From sequence record MK599315.1: DNA of 64,000 nucleotides, one strand, 5' to 3'. The number at the start of each line of letters is the position of its first letter. The stretch's first letter is position 1. Both the position numbers and the translations under genes were made by a program. The notes beneath the pieces were generated by a model that was given only the letters and a program-made list of their open reading frames with translations, did not search any database and was not told the origin of the DNA. Below are positions 49,281 to 56,889 of the stretch, piece by piece.

Positions 49281-49442
49281 AAGGAAATCCCCATTGGCCG
49301 CTAAACCAATGGGGTTCCAAACAGTGCATTCGCGACTACACTGTCAGCAGGTGTCGTCCAAGAGAACTGCGGATTAGCTACTTACCCCTCGTGGGCATTT
49401 TCACTAGCAGTATTATAACAACACCGTACGTTCTGAAAAGAT

Positions 49443-49479
49443 TAGCCCTCCTGTGCAACCAGGAGGGCTATATGTCGTC
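49443..49479. terminator. Terminator-like hairpin
   Basis: TAGCCCTCCTG-TGCAAC-CAGGAGGGCTA-TATGTCGTC. Confidence 0.7.
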
Positions 49480-49533
49480 AAGTTTAAGCTTGACTTTTTG
49501 CCCAAATGGGCCCACTTGCAGAGGAGACTCCTA

Positions 49534-49800
49534 ATGAAAGTCTTTGAAACAAGTTCCAGACCAGATCCCCACCACGGGTACTTGACTGGTCTAGATGTAA
49601 CAGCATTCAATGGTAAGCCGATCGTCTATGGGCGAAATGAGCAAATCAAAGTTGCTGTATACGATGGTAAGATGTTCCTTGGTTACATTGGCAATGGTCA
49701 GCTTGTAAGCAAGCTTTCCGATGCTAAATGGATTAACGGATCATCGAACTATCATATCAAGTCTAACTCCAGTAATCTTTTGTTTACTAGAGCAGCTTAA
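49534..49800 (+). CDS. Hypothetical protein (88 aa)
   Basis: ATG at 49534 after GAGGAG; the longer GTG start overlaps the hairpin. Confidence 0.65.
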   Translation: MKVFETSSRPDPHHGYLTGLDVTAFNGKPIVYGRNEQIKVAVYDGKMFLGYIGNGQLVSKLSDAKWINGSSNYHIKSNSSNLLFTRAA

Positions 49801-49808
49801 CCTCAATT

Positions 49809-49853
49809 GCCCTCTTCCTTGTGGAGAGGGCTTTACTTAGTTTATTTTTTTTT
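49809..49853 (+). terminator. Intrinsic terminator
   Basis: GCCCTCTTC-CTTGT-GGAGAGGGC followed by a T-rich tract. Confidence 0.75.
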
Positions 49854-50194
49854 GTTGATTTAGAAGTTTTACTTGGGTGTTTAATGAATCTGTAGAACGA
49901 GGAAAAGGTACCTCCGGAGGAGGGGGGTTTTATTTAGTAATAAACAATACCGAAGGTATTTCCTTATTCTAATTATAAACTTCTTTAATCCTTATTCCTG
50001 CTTTTACCCGAAGGGGATCTAACGGAGGCGATGCCCAAACATCGCCATACCAAATGAATTAAGCTTTAAAAAACAACACAGTCGCCTTGCCTCTCAGGAG
50101 CCTCTACACGACATTTCTAATATTAAGTGTCACCATGTTAGGCTTTATCTCTAATATCTCTATAAACGCGTTGTAGAGCCTTTTACGGCATAAA

Positions 50195-50210
50195 GCTCCC
50201 CGAAGGGAGC
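50195..50210 (-). terminator. Minus-strand cUUCGg terminator
   Basis: Minus strand reads GCTCCC-TTCG-GGGAGC-TTTATGCCG. Confidence 0.8.
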
Positions 50211-50216
50211 AGTATG

Positions 50217-50618
50217 TTAGGTCTTACGTTCTTCGAGATAGTTAGTCAACATCGCCTGGCCTTCCTGGCATGGATCTGTATCAAAGAAGTATTTAGAGTA
50301 GTTAGATACATCTACTGATATAAAATCACCATCTGGACAAGGTGCAGCTTTCTGGAGAATGTCGATATGCAGATGATGACTAAAGAACAGAGATGCTCTA
50401 TACCTCTCTCCTTTCTCCATGATCTCGTTGGCCGACATGGTGAGGAAGTCTACATCCATTCCTTCTAATGCATTGATAAACAGTTTTGCTATCTCAAAGC
50501 GGACCTTATAAAGATTTTGGGATGCCACATGTACCAGAACAGAAGTACCGTGACGTTGTTGTAGATTGAAACGAAGGTAACCCTTTAGGTTATCGATAAG
50601 TGCGTCAATACAACTCAT
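50217..50618 (-). CDS. Hypothetical protein
   Basis: 133 aa ORF between two terminators. Confidence 0.7.
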   Translation of the reverse strand: MSCIDALIDNLKGYLRFNLQQRHGTSVLVHVASQNLYKVRFEIAKLFINALEGMDVDFLTMSANEIMEKGERYRASLFFSHHLHIDILQKAAPCPDGDFISVDVSNYSKYFFDTDPCQEGQAMLTNYLEERKT

Positions 50619-50648
50619 GATATTTACTCTTGTGAATTTGTGAATAAA

Positions 50649-50668
50649 GCCTTCCCCTAAGGGAAGGC
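50649..50668 (-). terminator. Terminator after the helicase gene
   Basis: GCCTTCCC-CTAA-GGGAAGGC flanked by AATAAA and TTTATG. Confidence 0.75.
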
Positions 50669-50678
50669 ATTTATGTCG

Positions 50679-52217
50679 TTAGATAGACCATGCGTCAGAA
50701 TCGAGATCACCGCCAATTACAGACCCAGGAACAACTTTCAGAGAATAATCTTCCTCTTTATCAATGTCCCATGGAATCGTACCGATATTACTAAATGGTA
50801 GAAGAACATATTGGTCTTCTTCTGCCGTTACAGTGTTACGGTGTTTACCACGTTGAATAGCGAGATACGCTTTTCCTTTATGGCGGATGATGTGGTGGAA
50901 CAGCTCAAGGTCAGGTTCCTGACCCAGACGACGACAACCATCGTAATAACCTTTGTTCGCTACTACCTTAACGAAGTCCTCGGTATTTTCACGCATCAGT
51001 TGCAGTGCATCAGAACCAAGCTGATGAGGGCTGATGAAAGTGATACCACGAGGAGTAGTGTAGTTACGCATGCGACGGAATAGAAGACGAATATCGTCAC
51101 CTGCTACTTTAGCATCAAGTCCTGTCTTAGGTAGCATGTTCAGATAGTCAACTACCAGGAATTGAATCTCGTATCCCTGTCCCTGAAGACCATCTAGATA
51201 GTTAGTGAAACCACCAATTGTAAATTCAGTGGGGTCGAATCGAACCATCTTAACTTTAAAGCCATTCTCTTCAAGGCGCGCACAAACATAAGCAGCAGCT
51301 TCACGTTTATCGATATCTTTGACAATGACTTCTTCACCCGTTTCGTTTTCACGGATGTATTTGTAAATAGTCAGAAGGTTATCAGAGATTTCGTTTTCAA
51401 GGGTTGCAAATAGAAGAAGAGGCTTCTTCGATTTATCACGCATCCATGGCTTATTAAACAATGCGACATGTACAAACAGTAACATAACCAGATACGATTT
51501 AAAGTTATGTTGTAGAGCTGCGGTGGTAATAAACTCACCACGACGGAAAGCACCTAGGCTACCCAATACACGGTTGAAACCTTTCCAACCTAGTTTGAAA
51601 GCACCATCGGCAGACAAAGTAGTTTGTACAGCTTCGAAGAATTCTTCTACACCTTCCGGGTTGTCAAAATCAAGGCAACCCATTTCAGCGGGATGTCGAC
51701 TTTCAGCACGAGCCTTTACATAAGGATCGAGCTTAGCTCCCATCTCGTTGATCATACCAGCGATATCATTACCGCCACCACGGTTAAACAGAAGCTTAGT
51801 GGAATACTCTTTCATGATCGCTTTAATAGTTTCATCATTGATGTATTCATTAAGCGAACGACGATAAGAGTTAATCCGGTGCATGATAGCCATCCCATCT
51901 GGGAAGTTTTCATTAACACCATTTAGTACAGCTTCGTAAAGATAGTTCTCTTCACGGCAGCTCACTTGCACAGATTGTAGTACTTCAGCGATACTTGGAA
52001 ATTCGTGCTTAACTTTCTTATTGAGATCTTGAACAAGTTTACGAAGCTCAAGAAAAGTTTGTCGACCATGATCATGATCAACAGTAGTCTCTTTAATTTC
52101 AAGTGAACCAACAATTTTATCAATTAGTTCAGTAGACGGAGAGGCCGGAGAATCTGGGCGGTGCTCCAAGCAAAGCAGGGTAACGCAACTGACAAGAAGC
52201 TGTTTTGGGGAGGACAT
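50679..52217 (-). CDS. dnaB: DnaB-like replicative helicase (phiKZ gp118-like)
   Basis: RRGEFITTAALQHNFKS (P-loop region), FATLEN, LVVDYLNML (Walker B) and SPHQL motifs; synteny before gp119/gp120. Confidence 0.9.
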   Translation of the reverse strand: MSSPKQLLVSCVTLLCLEHRPDSPASPSTELIDKIVGSLEIKETTVDHDHGRQTFLELRKLVQDLNKKVKHEFPSIAEVLQSVQVSCREENYLYEAVLNGVNENFPDGMAIMHRINSYRRSLNEYINDETIKAIMKEYSTKLLFNRGGGNDIAGMINEMGAKLDPYVKARAESRHPAEMGCLDFDNPEGVEEFFEAVQTTLSADGAFKLGWKGFNRVLGSLGAFRRGEFITTAALQHNFKSYLVMLLFVHVALFNKPWMRDKSKKPLLLFATLENEISDNLLTIYKYIRENETGEEVIVKDIDKREAAAYVCARLEENGFKVKMVRFDPTEFTIGGFTNYLDGLQGQGYEIQFLVVDYLNMLPKTGLDAKVAGDDIRLLFRRMRNYTTPRGITFISPHQLGSDALQLMRENTEDFVKVVANKGYYDGCRRLGQEPDLELFHHIIRHKGKAYLAIQRGKHRNTVTAEEDQYVLLPFSNIGTIPWDIDKEEDYSLKVVPGSVIGGDLDSDAWSI

Positions 52218-52299
52218 TTGAACCGCATCCTTTTAGTAAAATTAAAATGATGTACCGTGTATCATTTTTATCTTAAGTAATTTGTCACCAATTTAAGTA

Positions 52300-52320
52300 T
52301 ATATTCCTATGTAGACACTT
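52300..52320 (+). promoter_or_regulatory. Late (non-virion RNAP) promoter, P119L-like
   Basis: TATATTCCTATGTAGACA with TATG at 52308-52311, upstream of the gp119-like gene. It closely resembles the phiKZ P119L sequence as I remember it; verify. Confidence 0.65.
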
Positions 52321-52354
52321 AATAGCCTTGGTCCCACAATAGGTCAATACCCCG

Positions 52355-52891
52355 ATGATCAAGTTACTTGTAATCCCCGAAGCAGTCTATGATCAGTACA
52401 AAGCTGATGGTGTGCAGTTTACTAAGCTACTCTGCCCCAACTATATAGCTTCCGTAAGCTCGGTAAATGACCTTGCGGAGATCGACGCTGCAATTAATGA
52501 ATTCCCATTCCGGTTCTGTCAGGGAACTCAGATCGAGAAGGCTGACAGTCCGGTTGTTGGGATCGCCCTAAAGGCAACCTCCGACGACGATAATCAATTC
52601 AAGATGCAAGAATTGCACAATCGTGTAGAGGAACGTATTGCCAATATGGCTCTGCGTAAGGCAAATGATTCTGATTATATCAGTGTTTATAGCCTTTATC
52701 CTGTAGATGAGTATCTTTGGGTTGCGGTGCAGAAGAGTCTGCACACTGGTTCAAGCGATCCTGACCGGCTCACAATTAAGGCTAATCACACTTTCTTTGA
52801 TAGTATGATTAGCGAGCTGACTAGAGCTTGCCCATTTGAGCAAGTAATGGCAACAAATCTCTTCACTTATTATCTGGAGTCACAAGGCTGA
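52355..52891 (+). CDS. Head protein (phiKZ gp119-like)
   Basis: 178 aa immediately upstream of the major capsid gene. Confidence 0.75.
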   Translation: MIKLLVIPEAVYDQYKADGVQFTKLLCPNYIASVSSVNDLAEIDAAINEFPFRFCQGTQIEKADSPVVGIALKATSDDDNQFKMQELHNRVEERIANMALRKANDSDYISVYSLYPVDEYLWVAVQKSLHTGSSDPDRLTIKANHTFFDSMISELTRACPFEQVMATNLFTYYLESQG

Positions 52892-52962
52892 ATCCGGAAA
52901 ATACCAGCTTTGATGACAAGATATTTGTAACATCCAAAACCCATCCTGCGTAGGAATAAAAC

Positions 52963-55188
52963 ATGAAAGACCTTAAATCTCTGTTCAAAGTGAACGGCGA
53001 CCGCGACCTGACTCGTTTCTCCATGGAATCCTTCCTTGGTAAACTGGACCTGGAAAAAGACTACGGCGACAGCATCCTGTCCGCTGGTAGCAAACTGATT
53101 AGTAAGATCGGTCTGGAAAACTTCGGCCAACTGAGCGACGAAGATGCTCAAAGTGCTGCTGGTATGTACGCTAGCCTGCAAAAAGTTGCCCGTCAGTGTG
53201 GCTTCGAATCCTTCGAAGGCGCTAACAGCCGTGTAGGCGAAAACCAACTGTCCGCTGCCACCATGGCTGCCCTGGCAATGTCCAACTCCACTGAGTACGT
53301 TAAGGCTCTGAAACAAGTTGGTAAGAAAATTGCTTCCACTGACAAGAACGTCATTTCGGTTGAACACCGTTTCGACGGCCCGGCTGGTTCGATCCAAACT
53401 TTCGAAGCTGCTGCTGGCGTCGGTCTGGAAAACTACAACGAGAAATCCCAGCGTGACTTCCGCGTTGTGACCGTTGGTTATAACCTGGCCGCTTCCCGTC
53501 AGGATGAGTTCGCTGAGCGTATCTATCCGACCACCGTTATCAACCCGATTGAAGGTGGTGTTGTTCAGGTTCTTCCGTACATCGCGGTAATGAAAGACGT
53601 TTACCACGCTGTTTCCGGTCAGAAGCTCGACAACCAAGAAGTCAACATGGTTGAAGCCTATCGTGATCCGTCCATCCTGGACGACGAGTGCACTGCACTG
53701 ATCCCGGCTATCGATCCTGCTGGCACTAACCTGAAGTACTTCGCTGATCCGGCTCTGCTGCCTCCGGTAACCGTTATCAACGAACAAAACATGTCCATCG
53801 AAACTGCGCCGCTGAAGCCGGGCGGTAAACTGGACCTGATGGGTAACTCGAACGCCAACCTGCTGATCAACAAAGGCATGCTGGACATTTCGGATACCAT
53901 CGATCCGTCGGGCCGCCTGAAGGCTCTGTACGTTAAGTTCCAAGGTAAAGTCATCAAGTTCCAAACTGAACGTCTGCCGCGCGCAGTGTTCCAGCCGGAC
54001 CTGGTTGGTGATACCCGCGGTGCCAAGATCGACTTCTGGTCGGATGACCTGACTGTTTCGGCCGTAACCCGCACTACTGACGCTGCACAAACTGCTGGCA
54101 TGAAAGAACTGGAACAACGTAAGTGGGTTCTGCGTCTGAGCATGCAATTCAGTGGTCACATCAGCCTGAGCCGTGGCGATAGCCGTTTCACCATCGGTGA
54201 AGTAACTATCGATCGCATCCTGGACGAAGACAAGCGTCGCATCGACCTGGAAACTGGCGATGGTAAAGCTCTGGCCGACAGCATTGGCGAAATGGAAATC
54301 GTTGGTTTCGACCTCGACACCCGCTTCACCAACACTAACCGCCGTCAGCGTGGTCACCTGCTGCAAACTCGTGCCCTGCAATTCCGTCACCCGATTCCGA
54401 TGCATGCTCCGGTTACCCTGCCGCTGAGCACCATGGACGAAGAAGGTCCGGGCGAAGTTGTTAAGGCTCTGACTGTCAACACCAACATCCGTAACAGCAA
54501 CAACGCTGTTAAGCGCCTGCTGAACTACCTGGCTCAGCTGAAAGAAGTAACCGCTAACGGTTTCGACCGTCCGCAGTTCGGTGCTGTTGAAGGTGCTCTG
54601 TCCGCAGTAATGCGTCCGACCTACCGCTACAAGAAGCTGCACCTGCCTGACATGATCGACACCCTGAAGTCGCAAGACCGTTGGGAAGACGTCTGCTCGG
54701 CAATCCTGAACGCTGTTAAAGGTGTACTGTTCCCGGCTTACCGTGAATCCAACATCGAAGCAGCTTTCCGCGTGATCTCCGGTAACCAAGACGAGCGTCC
54801 GATGTTCCTGTTCTGCTCGGACAAAGAGATCGCTAACTATCTGATGACCAAGGGCGACGATCGTACCCTGGGCGCTTACCTGGAATACGACCTGGTATCG
54901 ACCAACAACGAACTGTTCGACGGTAAGCTGGTAGTGATTCCGACCCGTAAGACTCCGCAAGAGAACGACATCCTCAGCTTCGGTCAATTCTACTACGTAT
55001 CGACCGTAATCGCCGACCTGCCGATCACCCGTGGTGGCCAGCAAGTTACTCGCGAAATCGCTGCGATTCCGTTCAACCTGCACGTTAACAACATCCCGTT
55101 CGCTCTCGAATTCGACGTTACTGGCTTCGAAGAAGTGATGGGTGAGTCTCAGTGGAACAAGCCCCTGGTTGAAGCCGTAAAAGGTTGA
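52963..55188 (+). CDS. Major capsid protein (phiKZ gp120-like)
   Basis: 741 aa; GLE/NY maturation site; SRQDEFAERIYPT, RTTNIRN-like NTNIRNSNNAV and PFNLHVNNIP motifs; strongest codon bias in the window. Confidence 0.93.
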   Translation: MKDLKSLFKVNGDRDLTRFSMESFLGKLDLEKDYGDSILSAGSKLISKIGLENFGQLSDEDAQSAAGMYASLQKVARQCGFESFEGANSRVGENQLSAATMAALAMSNSTEYVKALKQVGKKIASTDKNVISVEHRFDGPAGSIQTFEAAAGVGLENYNEKSQRDFRVVTVGYNLAASRQDEFAERIYPTTVINPIEGGVVQVLPYIAVMKDVYHAVSGQKLDNQEVNMVEAYRDPSILDDECTALIPAIDPAGTNLKYFADPALLPPVTVINEQNMSIETAPLKPGGKLDLMGNSNANLLINKGMLDISDTIDPSGRLKALYVKFQGKVIKFQTERLPRAVFQPDLVGDTRGAKIDFWSDDLTVSAVTRTTDAAQTAGMKELEQRKWVLRLSMQFSGHISLSRGDSRFTIGEVTIDRILDEDKRRIDLETGDGKALADSIGEMEIVGFDLDTRFTNTNRRQRGHLLQTRALQFRHPIPMHAPVTLPLSTMDEEGPGEVVKALTVNTNIRNSNNAVKRLLNYLAQLKEVTANGFDRPQFGAVEGALSAVMRPTYRYKKLHLPDMIDTLKSQDRWEDVCSAILNAVKGVLFPAYRESNIEAAFRVISGNQDERPMFLFCSDKEIANYLMTKGDDRTLGAYLEYDLVSTNNELFDGKLVVIPTRKTPQENDILSFGQFYYVSTVIADLPITRGGQQVTREIAAIPFNLHVNNIPFALEFDVTGFEEVMGESQWNKPLVEAVKG

Positions 55189-55272
55189 ACTGGAAAGGGT
55201 ACCTTCCGTAAGCTTGAAAATGGTACTACCCGTTATCTTGAAGACGGAGTGGCCCGCCGCCTAGAGCGGTAA
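55189..55272 (+). other. Putative in-frame readthrough extension of the major capsid protein
   Basis: After GGT TGA the frame continues TGKGTFRKLENGTTRYLEDGVARRLER* with three 8-residue repeats. Confidence 0.5.
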
Positions 55273-55304
55273 AGCGGAAGTGTTAAGCTGACTGCTGGCA
55301 TAAC

Positions 55305-55333
55305 AGCCTCTACCCGAAGGTAGAGGCTTTATG
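55305..55333 (+). terminator. Capsid operon terminator
   Basis: AGCCTCTACC-CGAA-GGTAGAGGCT-TTATG. Confidence 0.85.
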
Positions 55334-55358
55334 TCGTCATTAAAAAATATTTCAAATC

Positions 55359-55366
55359 TATATTAC
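55359..55366 (+). promoter_or_regulatory. phiKZ-type early promoter motif
   Basis: ATTTCAAATC-TATATTAC; no palindromic right arm here. Confidence 0.6.
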
Positions 55367-55404
55367 GGTATTGAAGAATCATTCCCTAATTAGAGGATCA
55401 GACA

Positions 55405-55884
55405 ATGTTCTGGAATACACACGGGCATCATGTTGAGCAAGAGCTCACTGATTCCCAAATGAATCCTGGCGACATTGTCGTCATGAAAGAAAATACTACG
55501 GTTAGTAATAATACGTCTAACCAAACCAATTCTCAAACCACCACTACTATTCATCCTACCCAGGATGAGAATATGTCCCATTTTGCTAATCGCTTCGAGA
55601 AGCAAATAAGACATGTTAATATATCCAATGGCCGTTGTTATGAATCGGGAGGTACCCCTGAAGAAAAACAACGTTCGCGCAACACGCGGAAGGGTAAAGG
55701 TAAAACGCGTGTTGCGCATGGGAAACGTGGAGACAGAAATCATAGAGATTCGAAAGCATCCCAAACGAGTCGATATGAACCTAGTCAAGAACGGAGTAGG
55801 CCCAAAGGACGTAAAGTAGAAATGGTATTGGATAGGATTGTTTTAAATGGTAAAGATCAACCGTTCCCGTGCGGGTCATATTGA
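55405..55884 (+). CDS. Hypothetical low-complexity protein (reading frame uncertain)
   Basis: RBS GAGGA; competing overlapping frame 55613-55819 is also protein-like. Confidence 0.4.
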   Translation: MFWNTHGHHVEQELTDSQMNPGDIVVMKENTTVSNNTSNQTNSQTTTTIHPTQDENMSHFANRFEKQIRHVNISNGRCYESGGTPEEKQRSRNTRKGKGKTRVAHGKRGDRNHRDSKASQTSRYEPSQERSRPKGRKVEMVLDRIVLNGKDQPFPCGSY

Positions 55885-56884
55885 GGACGATCCCGTACTG
55901 GAGTGTCCTCTTGACACATCGTACATGGACAGATGGCAGACATCTGTTTTCCAAAACATTTTCTTCGGCCAAGGTCTCGTCGATAAACGTGTACGTTACT
56001 TAAACCAATCGACGCATGAAATAAGTATTATCGATGGAACAGGTATTGTCCTGGATCTACCGGGTACTAACCGTATTGAAAATAGACTTGTTATTTGTAT
56101 CAACTTTACATGGGGTGGCGATGTAGAACTTAATATCGGAGCGATGATTAAACATTGGCCTAATCTCACTCAAGAATATCTGGAACAACTGGTAGGTTCT
56201 GTTAAGAACAAAGGAACCAACACGCCATGTGAACTGGATTTCTATTTCATTGTTGACCTTGACCACATCGATACCGATCCTTATGGGCTTTGGATCGAAG
56301 CGCTCAACGTTCAAGTAGTTTCCACAGATCGAGCGAAGAAGACTACATTCTTCCCGCGCGATTGTTTCTTCTCGAAGAACGATGAACTCTACCGTCAGGA
56401 AGATATCATCTGGACTACTACTACAACTGTTGCTTATTTCGTAGACGATGAGCGTATAACTGAAAGTGTATTTATGCCATTCGGCAGCGATCTACTTGAG
56501 GTAAAGCCTGTCTTCATGCCAGATATGCCTGTTGGTATTCATATTAACCTAAGGGGTAATGTGACATTTGCAGCACGACGGGATAATGCAAAAGCGATTG
56601 TTATCAAACCTGGAGACTTTAAGAAGTATGGCATCTATTCCAGTTTACGTGAATGGAGAGAAGCTGTAAAGGAAAGTACAAAAGGAATGTCAAAGGAAGA
56701 TGCTCAGAGACGTATGGATTGTTTTGATATGTTCCATCGACATCTATACGACGAAGAACTCGAACCTTTGGCTGTGAGAGATATCATCCTGTTTAGGGAT
56801 ATATCAGTTGGAACTGTCGTGGACTTCTTAGCTGAAGTAGCCAAGGCAGATGCATTGCTCGAAAAGATATTCCGAAAGCGATAG
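55847..56884 (+). CDS. Conserved phiKZ-like protein (gp122 position)
   Basis: 345 aa ORF directly upstream of the RNAP beta gene. Confidence 0.75.
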   Translation: MVKINRSRAGHIEDDPVLECPLDTSYMDRWQTSVFQNIFFGQGLVDKRVRYLNQSTHEISIIDGTGIVLDLPGTNRIENRLVICINFTWGGDVELNIGAMIKHWPNLTQEYLEQLVGSVKNKGTNTPCELDFYFIVDLDHIDTDPYGLWIEALNVQVVSTDRAKKTTFFPRDCFFSKNDELYRQEDIIWTTTTTVAYFVDDERITESVFMPFGSDLLEVKPVFMPDMPVGIHINLRGNVTFAARRDNAKAIVIKPGDFKKYGIYSSLREWREAVKESTKGMSKEDAQRRMDCFDMFHRHLYDEELEPLAVRDIILFRDISVGTVVDFLAEVAKADALLEKIFRKR

Positions 56885-56889
56885 GAGGG

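Noticed and set aside
49283-49442. Possible tRNA or tmRNA
   Set aside because: No acceptor stem, T-psi-C (GTTCRA) arm or cloverleaf geometry could be built; retained only as a generic structured-RNA candidate.
52870-55083. 737-aa antisense ORF over the major capsid gene
   Set aside because: It mirrors the capsid codon register. The capsid gene avoids TTA, CTA and TCA, which removes reverse-strand stops. No RBS or protein-like motifs.
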